Assembly (NCBI GenBank): GCA_044373665.1 | Contig: JBIPNH010000003.1 | Span: 2,196 to 66,195, forward strand | Direction of reading: 5' to 3' | From: Bacteroidia bacterium | GTDB taxonomy: Bacteria > Bacteroidota > Bacteroidia > NS11-12g > UBA955 | DNA: 64,000 nt | Part shown: in pieces, positions 35,638-46,097 of the stretch | Layout of the letters: the number at the start of each line of letters is the position of its first letter | How positions within the stretch are numbered: the stretch's first letter is position 1 | Position numbers and translations under genes: made by a program | The notes under the pieces: model-generated | Database searches by the model: none | Told to the model about the DNA's origin: nothing | The model's input: the letters and a program-made list of their open reading frames with translations, nothing else

Positions 35638-36894
35638 TTACGTTTTTAATTTTTTCTTCTTTGCACTTGGGAACAACACATTGTTTAAAATCAAACGATA
35701 ACCTGGACTGTTGGGAAACAATTGCAAATTAGTAGGTGGCTCCCCTACCATGTGTTGGTAATCTTCGGGGTCGTGACCACTGTAAAAAGTCCACGTCCCT
35801 TTTCCTATACTTCCATGAATATAGCGGGCTTCGTTGGCAGGTGCATAATCACCCATAATAACCACTTCACTTTTAATGTATTGTTTTTTGAATGCAGTGG
35901 TTTGTCCCATAAATCCTTTAATGGTATTGGTATGGTTTTGACACAACATAGCTGGAACTACATCCCACTTTGCACTAAAATCGAACAAGGTAAAATAATC
36001 ACTGCTTTCGTTTACAAACCGCGTGTGGGTATTATCTATACTGGCATGTTCATAGGTCATTGGTCCTCGTTCCAAGGTAAAATCCTTGAATGCAAAGGTT
36101 TGGTTAAAGTTTAATTTTTCTTGTGCATCGGGGTCAGCAGCATCGCCATCAAATACACTTTCGCAAATATCTACACCATCGGCTGCTAAAGCTATGTCAT
36201 AAGTATCGGTGGCACTACACATGGCAAAAAGGAATCCGCCTCCCAAACAAAAATCTCTTATTTTTTTGGCGACCGCTAATTTCAATTGCGACACTTTGGT
36301 AAACCCATTTCGTACGGCACAAGCTTCATTCTCCCTAACCTCCTCCTGATACCAAGACGTGTTTCTGTAATTGTACCAAAACTTTCCATACTGACCCGTA
36401 AAATCCTCGTGATGAAGGTGCAGCCAATCATACAATAATAGTTTGTCTTGTAACACTTCGTCATCAAACACTTTGTCGTATGGTATTTCGGCATATTCCA
36501 TTACCATTGTAACGGCATCATCCCAAGGTTGTTTATTTTTGGGCGTGTAAACCGCAATTTTAGGAACTTTAAGCAACTTTACGGTTTCCATGTTTACTTC
36601 GGGATTTGAAATTTCGGCATAAATAGCATTGGCTTTGGCTTCCGTTACTATTTGATAAGAAACTCCCCTTACTTTACATTCACTTTCTTGAGCTGCATTA
36701 AACGTAAACATAAAACTGCCCCCTTGGTAATTGAGCAACCAATCCACCTCTCCTCCTGATTTAAGTACATAAAAAGCAATACCATAAGCCTTTAAATGGT
36801 CTTTTTGGGTTTCATCCATCGGTATAAAAATCTGTAAGGCCTGTGCCGATTGGACAAGCAAAACAAATAAAAAAGTAAAGACAGATTTTTTCAT
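35638..36894 (-). CDS. conserved secreted protein of unknown function
   Basis: Signal peptide, 418 aa, no motif I can assign. From memory, similar Bacteroidetes proteins are sometimes labelled asparagine synthetase B-like. Confidence 0.4.
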   Translation of the reverse strand: MKKSVFTFLFVLLVQSAQALQIFIPMDETQKDHLKAYGIAFYVLKSGGEVDWLLNYQGGSFMFTFNAAQESECKVRGVSYQIVTEAKANAIYAEISNPEVNMETVKLLKVPKIAVYTPKNKQPWDDAVTMVMEYAEIPYDKVFDDEVLQDKLLLYDWLHLHHEDFTGQYGKFWYNYRNTSWYQEEVRENEACAVRNGFTKVSQLKLAVAKKIRDFCLGGGFLFAMCSATDTYDIALAADGVDICESVFDGDAADPDAQEKLNFNQTFAFKDFTLERGPMTYEHASIDNTHTRFVNESSDYFTLFDFSAKWDVVPAMLCQNHTNTIKGFMGQTTAFKKQYIKSEVVIMGDYAPANEARYIHGSIGKGTWTFYSGHDPEDYQHMVGEPPTNLQLFPNSPGYRLILNNVLFPSAKKKKLKT

Positions 36895-36990
36895 AAGATG
36901 ATGTTTTACAAATTTAAGGTTTTTTTATGTTGAAGTCAATTATTTTTATTTTACAACTAACGTAGCAAATTCTAACATTCATTTATACAC

Positions 36991-37353
36991 TCATTTTGCT
37001 AACTGTAAGCCAATAAATGCAAGAGATATTCCCAACAAATTACTTAACAAAGCATAAGTAAAGGCAGTGAAAATATGACCATTTCTAAACAAGGCAACAA
37101 ACTCTAATCCAAAAGATGAAAATGTAGTAAAACCGCCTAAAACGCCTACAATCCAAAACAAAGTGTATTGTTCTGATAATTTAGCTTTAAAAAAATAACT
37201 AAACAAAAGTCCAATCATAAAGCAACCTAATAAATTGCTTATAAATGTATTAAAAGGAAATTGATGTCCATCTGATTTGCCAAGAACCTGAGTTAACAAG
37301 TATCTTAAACAAGCGCCAATTCCGCCCCCTAAAAATACATAAATTAAATTCAT
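36991..37353 (-). CDS. crcB: fluoride ion channel CrcB/FluC
   Basis: 120 aa with 4 TM segments; GGGIGACLRY and GGFTTFSSF motifs. Confidence 0.88.
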   Translation of the reverse strand: MNLIYVFLGGGIGACLRYLLTQVLGKSDGHQFPFNTFISNLLGCFMIGLLFSYFFKAKLSEQYTLFWIVGVLGGFTTFSSFGLEFVALFRNGHIFTAFTYALLSNLLGISLAFIGLQLAK

Positions 37354-38255
37354 CGTTGTTCTAATTGACTTTGTATAAGCGCTAAGCCTTCTCTAAAAGA
37401 ATGTGGTTTATAGCCTAATTCTTTTTCCGCTTTTTCTATTATAAATCCCGTTTTGGGTGGTCTTTTGGCCGCTTGATTAAGAACGGTTGAAGCAGTGGTG
37501 TTAATTAACCCTTTGTCGTATCCAAAAAAATCAGCTACTTCCATTACCAATTCATCTATTCTAAAAAAGTCCTTACCCGAAATATGATAAATCCCCTCAG
37601 CATTTTTAGACTCAGCTAAAAAACAACCAATCGCCAAATCCTCGGCTAAAGTTGGTGTTCGGTATTGGTCGTTAACAACATTTAAAGTCTGTTTTTTTTC
37701 AAATGCCCCCTTTGCCCACAGCACAATATTGCTTCTACTCATGTCGGAAACCACACCATACACTAACACCGTTCTTAATATGGCGTAGTGATGAGATTGC
37801 GTTAATACAATTTGTTCCCCCTTTAATTTTGACAATCCATAATAGCTAATTGGATTGGGAATTTCCTCCTCAGACAAAGGACCATGGGTGCCATCGAAAA
37901 TAAAATCGGTAGAAATATGAATCAAATGAGCCTTTATTTCGTTACAAGCATTTACCAAGTATTGAACTGCGTGAATATTTAAAGTATCGCAACCCTCTTT
38001 ATCTGTTTCACAAGCATCTACATTGGTCATGGCAGCCGTATTGATAACGCAATCTGGTCGTTCATTTATTAGGACCTCCATTACTTGTGCTTCATTGCTG
38101 ATGTCCAAATCAATGTAATGTAAATTGTCCTTTTGAGGATGTCTGCAAGGCCCTTTGGCAGTCGCTATAAAATGCTTATCAGAATGTTGAAGGTATAAAT
38201 CAACTAATTTTTGACCAAGCAAACCATTAGCACCAGTTATTAGTATTTTTTTCAT
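37350..38255 (-). CDS. rfbD: dTDP-4-dehydrorhamnose reductase-like SDR (RmlD substrate-binding family)
   Basis: KILITGANGLLGQ Rossmann motif, YGLSK (YxxxK), and about 300 aa. Confidence 0.65.
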   Translation of the reverse strand: MKKILITGANGLLGQKLVDLYLQHSDKHFIATAKGPCRHPQKDNLHYIDLDISNEAQVMEVLINERPDCVINTAAMTNVDACETDKEGCDTLNIHAVQYLVNACNEIKAHLIHISTDFIFDGTHGPLSEEEIPNPISYYGLSKLKGEQIVLTQSHHYAILRTVLVYGVVSDMSRSNIVLWAKGAFEKKQTLNVVNDQYRTPTLAEDLAIGCFLAESKNAEGIYHISGKDFFRIDELVMEVADFFGYDKGLINTTASTVLNQAAKRPPKTGFIIEKAEKELGYKPHSFREGLALIQSQLEQR

Positions 38256-38258
38256 GGG

Positions 38259-38756
38259 TTAAAATTCGGGAGTAGAGATAGGTTTAAATTTTATAGATTT
38301 CGATTTCTTTTTCTTCTTTTTAGGTACAGCGGTTCTCGATTGATTTTTATGTTTTAAAATATCTTCTTCAATCGCTTTATCGATCACTTTCACTTTAAAA
38401 ACAGCATATTTTTCGGCCCCATTATTAATCACAATGATTTGTTTGACCATGGTTTGTCCTGCAAAACCGGCACTTCTAAATTGTACTTTTATCACACCTC
38501 TTTCACCTGGTTTTATTGCCCCTTCTGTAAATGTTGGAGTAGTACAACCGCAGGCAGGCCAAGCTTGTTTGATGATTAAATCCTCATTACCAATATTGGT
38601 AAAACCAAAGTCGTAAAAGAAAGTATCTCCAGCATATACTTTTCCAAACTGAGCTGTATCTACATCAAATTTTAGTAAGGGTTGAGCATTTACATTTGCA
38701 ATTCCTGTATGGAAGAAAAGCATCAAAAGAGCAAAAAGTTTAAAATTTTTATTCAT
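38259..38756 (-). CDS. DUF1573 domain-containing secreted protein
   Basis: F.F.N.G...L.I......CGCT signature (FGFTNIGNEDLIIKQAWPACGCTTP). Start at MNKNFKLF. Confidence 0.75.
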   Translation of the reverse strand: MNKNFKLFALLMLFFHTGIANVNAQPLLKFDVDTAQFGKVYAGDTFFYDFGFTNIGNEDLIIKQAWPACGCTTPTFTEGAIKPGERGVIKVQFRSAGFAGQTMVKQIIVINNGAEKYAVFKVKVIDKAIEEDILKHKNQSRTAVPKKKKKKSKSIKFKPISTPEF

Positions 38757-38797
38757 TGAATCCACGAAATTAATAAAAAACAAGTATAATTGCTAAC

Positions 38798-40852
38798 ATG
38801 AAACAAACCCTTTACAATGGCTTTTTGGCTTGTCTTATTTTAAGCACTCTAACTCAATGTAGTTCAACAAGTGCGCCACAAACAGAAGAAGTGGCAATAA
38901 ACGATGGTTTTGACACGAGCTCCCTCGACCGAAGATACAGACCACAAGATGATTTTGACAGTTTTGCAAATGGAGGTTGGAAAAAACTAAATCCAATCCC
39001 TTCTACTGAGGGAACTTGGGGAGCTTTTGGCATTTTAGACAAAGAAAATTCAGAAGTTAAACTAAAGGGTATCATTGATGAGGTTTCAAAAAACAAATCG
39101 AACAAACCGCAATCGGATGAGCAAAAAATAGCTGACATGTATCGTTCGTTTATGGACACCATGTTGATTGAAAAATTGGGGCTAAGTCCATTGCAAAACT
39201 ATATCAACGAAATTGAACAAGTAAAACAGTTGGACCAATGGGTGGCACTAAGTGGTAAATTGCAAATTGTAGGCGTACCAAGTGTGGTGGGTATTTATGT
39301 TGATGCCGACGACAAAAACAGCGCAATGAATGCTGTTAAAATGGTTCAAGGTGGTTTAAGTTTGGGTGAAAAAAGCTACTATTCAGGAAATGATGAACGC
39401 ATGAAAAGCATTCGCAATGAATTTGTAAAACACGTAGATAATTTAATGAAGTTAAGTGGTAAATCAAAAGCTAATATTGGCAAATCTTTGCTTGACTTTG
39501 AAACCAAATTAGCTTCCATTCAATTGAGTAATGTTGAATTAAGAGACCCTCTTAAAACATACAATAAAGTCGCATTAAAAGATTTACAGAAACAAAGCAA
39601 AGACATTGATTGGGTTAATTTTGCTGCACAACAACAAGTAATAACCGATACAGTTGTGGTTCAAAACCTTCAATATTACCAAAAGCTAAACACCCTTTTG
39701 AGTAGTGTTCCGGTTGATGTTTTAAAACAATACACTTTGTACAAACTGATTATTTCATACAGCACCTACCTACCGTCAGCCTTTAAGAATGAAAGGTTTA
39801 ATTTTTATGGCGTTATTAAAAGTGGCATTAAAGAACAGAAAAAACGCGAGATTCAAGCAATCGATATTACAGAAAGCATTGGAGAAGGCAACATTTTAGG
39901 CAGACTTTATACTAAAAAATATTTCCCTGAAGAGTCCAAACAAAAAGTATCTGAAATGATAGAAAATGTTCGTGCCGTATATGGCGAAAGAATAGACCAA
40001 TTGGTTTGGATGAGCGAAAGCACTAAAAAAATGGCAAAGAAAAAACTATCTACTTTCACTTATAAAATTGGATATCCTGACCAATGGGACGATTATTCAG
40101 CCATTAATATTACACCTAGCACATTAATTGCCAATGTAATTTCGAACAGCGAATGGAGTCACAAAAAAATGGTAAAAGACATTGGCAAACCGGTTGACAA
40201 AAAACGTTGGTACATGTCGCCACAAACTGTTAATGCTTATTACAATCCGTTGAACAATGAAATCGTTTTTCCTGCGGGCATTTTACAAGCACCATTTTTT
40301 AATCCTAATGCTGATGATGCTATTAATTACGGTGGTATTATTGCGGTTATTGGTCATGAATTCACCCATGGTTTTGACGATCAAGGGGCTCAATATGATG
40401 AAGTAGGTAACTTAAGAAATTGGTGGACTGAAGCTGACTTTACTAATTTTAATAATTTAAGCAAAAGCTATATTTCCTATTTCAGCAAATTTGAGGTATT
40501 GCCTCAAGTTTTTGTGAATGGCGAATTAACCATTGGCGAAAATATCGCAGATTTGGGTGGACTTACATTGGCATATTACGCCTTAGTTAGGTCAATGAAA
40601 GGCAAAAAAGAACCTGCCCCTATTGATGGTTTTACTTGGCAACAAAGATTCTTTTTAAGTTGGGCTCAAGTATGGCATAACAATATCAAAGACGAAGAAT
40701 TGCGCAACAGAATACTTACCGACCCACATGCCCCTGCTAGACAAAGAATCAATGGACCATTGAGACATTTAAATGAATTTTACAAAGCGTTTGATTTAAA
40801 AGAAGGCGATAAAATGTGGTTACCAGAAAGCGAAAGAATTAAAATTTGGTAG
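38798..40852 (+). CDS. M13 family zinc metallopeptidase (PepO/endothelin-converting enzyme-like), lipoprotein
   Basis: HEFTHGFD zinc motif, ENIADLGG, and N-terminal lipobox LTQC. Confidence 0.88.
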   Translation: MKQTLYNGFLACLILSTLTQCSSTSAPQTEEVAINDGFDTSSLDRRYRPQDDFDSFANGGWKKLNPIPSTEGTWGAFGILDKENSEVKLKGIIDEVSKNKSNKPQSDEQKIADMYRSFMDTMLIEKLGLSPLQNYINEIEQVKQLDQWVALSGKLQIVGVPSVVGIYVDADDKNSAMNAVKMVQGGLSLGEKSYYSGNDERMKSIRNEFVKHVDNLMKLSGKSKANIGKSLLDFETKLASIQLSNVELRDPLKTYNKVALKDLQKQSKDIDWVNFAAQQQVITDTVVVQNLQYYQKLNTLLSSVPVDVLKQYTLYKLIISYSTYLPSAFKNERFNFYGVIKSGIKEQKKREIQAIDITESIGEGNILGRLYTKKYFPEESKQKVSEMIENVRAVYGERIDQLVWMSESTKKMAKKKLSTFTYKIGYPDQWDDYSAINITPSTLIANVISNSEWSHKKMVKDIGKPVDKKRWYMSPQTVNAYYNPLNNEIVFPAGILQAPFFNPNADDAINYGGIIAVIGHEFTHGFDDQGAQYDEVGNLRNWWTEADFTNFNNLSKSYISYFSKFEVLPQVFVNGELTIGENIADLGGLTLAYYALVRSMKGKKEPAPIDGFTWQQRFFLSWAQVWHNNIKDEELRNRILTDPHAPARQRINGPLRHLNEFYKAFDLKEGDKMWLPESERIKIW

Positions 40853-40973
40853 AGCTTTCATATGACTTAGTTTTTGGGTCCTGTTTTCTTTCACCACCTC
40901 AAAAAATTTTTTATTATACAAATAACACGTTTACCAATAGAAAACGATTATTTGAAATACCATCCATTCTTAT

Positions 40974-40981
40974 TAACTTTG
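40974..40981 (+). promoter_or_regulatory. -7 promoter box TAACTTTG
   Basis: TAnnTTTG match 9 nt upstream of the ATG at 40991. Confidence 0.3.
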
Positions 40982-40990
40982 CCCTAACTT

Positions 40991-42430
40991 ATGTTGAACA
41001 TACAAATAAAAGCGAAAGCAAGCGTTGCCGACCATATTATTACCATTATAAACAGTGTTGGTTTTAAGTCTTTAAAGTCCTTGACTCCAAAGGAGAACAA
41101 AGCAATTATAGATGCCATTAAGAACAAAAAACAATGGCTGTATTTCTACAATGGCGAACTATATCATTACATAGTAATCACAGAAAATCCGAACCATTGG
41201 GAGCAAAAAGAAAAATTAAGAACTGTTGGTGCAGAACTATCAAAACAACTTAATCACAATAAAGTAAGTCAAGCTGCTATTTTTTCAGACGAAGCTTCAT
41301 CTGCGCTTGCATTATCAGAGGGAATTGCATTAAAAAATTACCAGTTTTTAAAATACAAAACCAAATCAGAAGATGTTAAAAATACATTAACCTCCATACA
41401 TATTATTTGCAAAAAAATGACAGAAGAGGCGCTTCATGAACTTAACACTATCATTAAAGCGACTTACGTAGCCAGAGACTTAGTGAACGAACCTCAAAGT
41501 TATTTAAATGCAATTCAGTTGTCCGAGGAGTTTAAAAAACTCAGCAAAGAGGCAGGTTTTAAATTAGAGGTTTGGAATGAGGCTAAAATAGCAACACAGA
41601 AAATGGGCGGATTATTGGCTGTAAACAAAGGCAGTAAAATACCACCGACATTTAATATTATGGAATACAAGCCTAAAAACGCCACTAACAAGAAACCATT
41701 TGTATTAGTTGGTAAAGGGATTGTATATGATACAGGTGGATTAAGCTTAAAACCTACGCCGCAAAGTATGGATTTTATGAAGTGCGACATGGCAGGTAGT
41801 GCAGTTGTGGCAGGCGTTATGTATGCTATTGCACTTTTAAAACTTCCTTTACACGTTGTTGGATTAGTGCCTGCAACAGACAATTGGATTGGAGAAAATA
41901 GTTATGCACCCGGCGATGTAATAACGATGTACAGCTGCACAACTGTTGAAATATTAAACACAGATGCCGAAGGAAGATTAGTATTAGCAGATGCTTTACA
42001 TTTTGCTAAAAAACTAAAACCAGAATTAGTAATAGATTTTGCTACTTTAACTGGCGCTGCTGTTAGAGCAATAGGACCTTATGCATCGGCTATGATGGGC
42101 ACTGCAAATGATGAATTCAAAGGACAAATGTTTGAAAGCAGTTATGCCGTATTTGAGCGTTTAATTGAGTTTCCATTGTGGAAAGATTACGCAGACGAGT
42201 TAAAATCATCTGTTGCGGACATGAGCAATTTGGGTAAAGGAGAAGGTGGACAAATTAGTGCCGCTAAATTTTTAGAACATTTTACAGACTACCCTTGGAT
42301 GCATATAGACATAGCAGGTACCGCATTTAATCATGCAGAAAAAGGTTATCAAACCATTGGTGGAACAGGAGTTGGTGTAAGAATGATGATTGATTTTTTA
42401 AGCAAACAATGTTCAACAACTAAAAAGTAA
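40991..42430 (+). CDS. pepA: leucyl aminopeptidase (M17)
   Basis: VGKGIVYDTGGLSLKP and NTDAEGRLVLADAL motifs. Confidence 0.9.
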   Translation: MLNIQIKAKASVADHIITIINSVGFKSLKSLTPKENKAIIDAIKNKKQWLYFYNGELYHYIVITENPNHWEQKEKLRTVGAELSKQLNHNKVSQAAIFSDEASSALALSEGIALKNYQFLKYKTKSEDVKNTLTSIHIICKKMTEEALHELNTIIKATYVARDLVNEPQSYLNAIQLSEEFKKLSKEAGFKLEVWNEAKIATQKMGGLLAVNKGSKIPPTFNIMEYKPKNATNKKPFVLVGKGIVYDTGGLSLKPTPQSMDFMKCDMAGSAVVAGVMYAIALLKLPLHVVGLVPATDNWIGENSYAPGDVITMYSCTTVEILNTDAEGRLVLADALHFAKKLKPELVIDFATLTGAAVRAIGPYASAMMGTANDEFKGQMFESSYAVFERLIEFPLWKDYADELKSSVADMSNLGKGEGGQISAAKFLEHFTDYPWMHIDIAGTAFNHAEKGYQTIGGTGVGVRMMIDFLSKQCSTTKK

Positions 42431-42431
42431 C

Positions 42432-43496
42432 ATGAAATTACCAATCATAGGCATCTCACAAGGCGACCCTAATGGAATTGGGTTTGAAGTTATTTTAAAA
42501 ACATTTCAGCACTCTTTTATTTACGAACACTGTACGCCAGTATTATACGCCAATCCAAAATCATTCTCTTTTTACAAAAAGCTGCTGAATATGGAACAAC
42601 CTAGTTATGTATTAATTAGAGACATAAAAGAGGCAAAACCCAATCAGCTCAACTTAATAGCTAGCAGTCAGGAAGCATTTGAAATTTCGTTAGGTAAAGC
42701 CGATGAAGGTTCAGGTAAGGAAGCCTTAATGGCATTGGACAGAATGCTAGTTGATTCTTTAGCAGGGAACTTAGACGCCATTGTTACTGCACCCTTGGAT
42801 AAGTCAACCGTAAAAACTGCAGAAGGCTTTACAGGACATACAGGTCATATTACCAAAGCATATAAAAAATCGGAGTCATTAATGGTTTTATTTAATGACG
42901 ATATTCGTGTGGGATTAATTACAGAACATATTCCGGTGAGTAAAATTGCGCAAACAATTACAACGGAATTAATTCTAAAAAAAGTAAAAATAGCTCACGA
43001 GAGTTTAAAAACCGACTTTGGAATCAACAAACCAAAAATTGCATTATTGGGTTTAAATCCACACAACGGTGATAATGGTAAAATGGGACAAGAGGAACAA
43101 ACCATTATAGATCCTGCAATAAAACAAGCCAAAGAAGAAGGTATTTTTTGCATGGGTCCTTACAGTGCTGACGGTTTTTTTGGAATGAAATTGTATTCTA
43201 AATTTGATTTAGTAATGGCCATGTACCACGACCAAGGCTTAATTCCTTTTAAAAGCATGGCTTTTGAAGATGGCGTTAATTACACTGCGGGTCTTCCTAT
43301 TATTAGAACAAGTCCCGACCACGGCACAGCTTATGACCTAGTGGGTAAAAACATTGCAAGCAACTTGAGTTTCACCAATGCATTATTCGAAGCAGTTCAT
43401 TTGTATCATACCAGAAATGAATCAGATGAATTGGCTAAAAACCCACTTAAATATTCTGAATTTAAGCGTGAGAGATTTAGATTAGAAAAAGGTTAA
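42432..43496 (+). CDS. pdxA: 4-hydroxythreonine-4-phosphate dehydrogenase
   Basis: GDPNGIG, FTGHTGH, NPHNGDNG and MYHDQGLIP motifs. Confidence 0.88.
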   Translation: MKLPIIGISQGDPNGIGFEVILKTFQHSFIYEHCTPVLYANPKSFSFYKKLLNMEQPSYVLIRDIKEAKPNQLNLIASSQEAFEISLGKADEGSGKEALMALDRMLVDSLAGNLDAIVTAPLDKSTVKTAEGFTGHTGHITKAYKKSESLMVLFNDDIRVGLITEHIPVSKIAQTITTELILKKVKIAHESLKTDFGINKPKIALLGLNPHNGDNGKMGQEEQTIIDPAIKQAKEEGIFCMGPYSADGFFGMKLYSKFDLVMAMYHDQGLIPFKSMAFEDGVNYTAGLPIIRTSPDHGTAYDLVGKNIASNLSFTNALFEAVHLYHTRNESDELAKNPLKYSEFKRERFRLEKG

Positions 43497-43503
43497 CCTG
43501 TCT

Positions 43504-44037
43504 TTAAACAAACCTAGGGTCAGTTTCCATTATATGACCGCATGATTTACAAGAACGCAAATCTTCATTGCCATAAAACTCCTTAAAACGAGGAATAAAG
43601 TCTTTTTCGATGTCATTTAATTCAAAATGATAAGCATGTAAAGGGTGGTTACATTTTTCGCAAAACCACATTAATCCGTCAGTAAAACCTTTACCAGCAC
43701 GCACTCTTTCTATTACCAAACCCAAAGAATTGGCAGAACGAACAGGCGAATGGGGAACTTTTGCAGGCAACAAAAACATGTCTCCGGCAGTTAAAGGAAT
43801 ATCTACTGCTTTACCATCTTGTTGAATTCTAACATTAATATCTCCTTCCAATTGGTAGAAAAACTCTTCCGTTTCATTATAGTGGTAATCCTTGCGGGCA
43901 TTAGGTCCAGCAACCACCATTACAATAAAATCTCCAGCACCTATGGTTAAATTTTTATTTCCAACAGGTGGTTTCAAAAGATGTCTATTTTCTTCAATCC
44001 ATTTATTAAAATTAAAAGGGGGAGTTATGTTTGTCAT
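43504..44037 (-). CDS. 3-hydroxyanthranilate 3,4-dioxygenase (cupin, kynurenine pathway)
   Basis: PFNFNKWIEENRHLLKPPVGNK, cupin His/Glu motifs (YHYNETEEFFYQLEG, HSP), and C-terminal CxxC...CxxC. Confidence 0.85.
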   Translation of the reverse strand: MTNITPPFNFNKWIEENRHLLKPPVGNKNLTIGAGDFIVMVVAGPNARKDYHYNETEEFFYQLEGDINVRIQQDGKAVDIPLTAGDMFLLPAKVPHSPVRSANSLGLVIERVRAGKGFTDGLMWFCEKCNHPLHAYHFELNDIEKDFIPRFKEFYGNEDLRSCKSCGHIMETDPRFV

Positions 44038-44101
44038 GCTTCAAAAATAGTTTTTTTTTTACTTTTGTTGAAATTATCATTTATTTTCTCATATTCGCAG
44101 T

Positions 44102-44974
44102 ATGAACAAAGAGAGCGAAGATATCGCCCCAATATATATTCGAAAGGTCTTTAAAGACAAGAATCCTAAGTTAGCAAAATGGCTACCTGGCTTTATATTT
44201 AGTTTTTTGGAGCGTTTGTTACATCAAACCGATATGAACAGAGTTATTGAAAGAACAAGAGGAAAAAAAGGAGTTGATTTTGCGCGTGGTTGTTTCGACG
44301 AGATTGGCGTTACCATTCAGTCTAGACACCAAGAGAACGTACCAAAAACAGGAAGATTGATATTGGCATCTAACCATCCTTTGGGTGGATTGGACGGTAT
44401 GGGTTTTATCAGTGAAGTACACAAAATAAGACCTGATGTTCGTTTTATCGTTAATGACATTTTATTAAACGTAAAACCATTACAAGGTATTTTCTTGGGT
44501 GTAAATAAACACGGAACAAATGCCAAAAATTCATTAATCGAAGTTGAAAATCAGTTTGCTTCGGAGAGTGCAACCTTAATTTTTCCTGCAGGCTTAGTTT
44601 CGCGCAAACAAGAAGGTAAAATATTTGATTTAAAATGGCATAAAAGTTTTATTACTAAATCAGTGAAATATCAATCTGATATTATTCCAGTATTTATTGA
44701 TGGCAACAACAGTAAACGCTTTTACAATATCGCCATGTGGCGCAAAAGATTAGGTATTAAAATAAACATTGAAATGTTGCTATTACCAAGTGAAATGTTC
44801 AAATTGAAAGGCCAAACAGTTACTATTTATTTTGGGAAACCAATACCTGCGTATTTAATTAAAAATATAGGTGAGCATCATAAAATAGCCAATGCGATGC
44901 GTCATTTTGTCTACAAATTAAAAGACGAGCCTAATGCAGATTTTGAAACGTATTATAACCAATTCAAACAATAA
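44102..44974 (+). CDS. PlsC-family acyltransferase (lyso-lipoamino-acid O-acyltransferase, GlsA/OlsA-like)
   Basis: NHPLGGLDG acyltransferase motif and FPAG. Paired with the N-acyltransferase gene downstream. Confidence 0.65.
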   Translation: MNKESEDIAPIYIRKVFKDKNPKLAKWLPGFIFSFLERLLHQTDMNRVIERTRGKKGVDFARGCFDEIGVTIQSRHQENVPKTGRLILASNHPLGGLDGMGFISEVHKIRPDVRFIVNDILLNVKPLQGIFLGVNKHGTNAKNSLIEVENQFASESATLIFPAGLVSRKQEGKIFDLKWHKSFITKSVKYQSDIIPVFIDGNNSKRFYNIAMWRKRLGIKINIEMLLLPSEMFKLKGQTVTIYFGKPIPAYLIKNIGEHHKIANAMRHFVYKLKDEPNADFETYYNQFKQ

Positions 44975-45005
44975 ACAACTATATTTACACACTTAAAATA
45001 GAGGT

Positions 45006-45947
45006 ATGAATGAAATAATAGCGCCAATTGATCGTGACCTATTAATTAAAGAATTAGAGCAAGACCATTTTATTCGTCCCACCAATAATGGCGGAAATGA
45101 ATTGTATGTTGTTGACTGCCATACAGCACCAAATGTTCTTAGAGAAATTGGGAGATTAAGGGAATTGTCATTTAGAGCAGCAGGTGGAGGTACAGGGAAA
45201 GATTGTGATTTAGATGAGTTTGATTTTGGACCAACTGCTTACAAACAGTTAATAGTATGGCAACCACAAGACAAAGAAATTATTGGCGGTTACAGATACA
45301 TTAAAACGATAGATGCGAGGCAAGAAAATGGCGACTATCATTTAGCCACGACAGAAATTTACAAATTTAGCGATAAGATGAAAAACTTTTATTTTTTATC
45401 TACTATTGAGCTAGGTCGTTCCTTTGTTCAGCCCAAATATCAGCCAAGTGCCGAAAACAGAAAAGGCTTATTTAGTTTAGATAATTTATGGGATGGTTTG
45501 GGAGCTCTAATTGTAATGCATCCTGAGGTTCATTACTTCTTTGGAAAGGTGACCATGTATACTCACTTTGATAAAGAGGCTAGAGACTTAATATTATCAT
45601 TTATGCACCATTATTTCCCTGACCAAGAACAACTAATTAAAGTAGAACATCCGGTAGAGATTGGACATGACACAACATCATTTGTTGAATCATTAAAAGA
45701 GTTAGATTACAAAGAGGGTCATCACTTATTAAATGGTAAAGTAAGAGAATTAGGCGAAAACATTCCGCCTTTGTTTAATTCATACATGAATACAAGTCCT
45801 ACGATGAAGACATTTCCGACCTGTATAAACCATCATTTTGGTGATGTAGAAGAAACGGGCATTATGGTTACAATAGCTGATATCTATGAGAGTAAGAAGG
45901 ATAGACACGTCAGTTCATACTTAAAATTTTTAACTCAAAAAGATTAA
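45006..45947 (+). CDS. GNAT-fold amino-acid N-acyltransferase (GlsB/OlsB/hemolysin-like)
   Basis: 313 aa; LRELSFRAAGGGTGK and ELGRSFVQPKYQ are typical of OlsB-like N-acyltransferases. Confidence 0.65.
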   Translation: MNEIIAPIDRDLLIKELEQDHFIRPTNNGGNELYVVDCHTAPNVLREIGRLRELSFRAAGGGTGKDCDLDEFDFGPTAYKQLIVWQPQDKEIIGGYRYIKTIDARQENGDYHLATTEIYKFSDKMKNFYFLSTIELGRSFVQPKYQPSAENRKGLFSLDNLWDGLGALIVMHPEVHYFFGKVTMYTHFDKEARDLILSFMHHYFPDQEQLIKVEHPVEIGHDTTSFVESLKELDYKEGHHLLNGKVRELGENIPPLFNSYMNTSPTMKTFPTCINHHFGDVEETGIMVTIADIYESKKDRHVSSYLKFLTQKD

Positions 45948-45992
45948 TAAATAAAAACTTAAAAATATTTTTTGTCATTCCCGAAAAATATT

Positions 45993-46000
45993 TATATTTG
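45993..46000 (+). promoter_or_regulatory. -7 promoter box TATATTTG upstream of the tRNA-Asn locus
   Basis: TAnnTTTG match. The predicted transcript would include the pseudo 5'-half (46018-) and tRNA-Asn. Confidence 0.35.
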
Positions 46001-46017
46001 CACTCCTTTTAGGAAAT

Positions 46018-46063
46018 TCCTTGATAGCTCTCCCGATAGCTATCGGGAGGTTAGAGTGAGTGA
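46018..46063 (+). pseudogene. tRNA-Asn 5'-half-like fragment interrupted by an 18-bp perfect palindrome
   Basis: tccttgatagctc-[TCCCGATAGCTATCGGGA]-ggttagagtgagtga, compared with genuine tccttgatagctc-agct-ggttagagcgagtga 80 bp downstream. There is no anticodon/T-arm continuation. Confidence 0.75.
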
Positions 46064-46097
46064 AAACAAACTCTAATTAAAAAAAAATCGGATAGAT

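Noticed and set aside
36991-37400. Fluoride riboswitch in front of crcB
   Set aside because: crcB overlaps the upstream rfbD-like gene by 4 nt, so there is no leader. Nothing resembling the crcB motif was seen upstream of 38255 either.
40846-41067. 73-aa ORF bridging the M13 peptidase and pepA
   Set aside because: It overlaps both neighbours and spans the intergenic promoter region, with no coding support.
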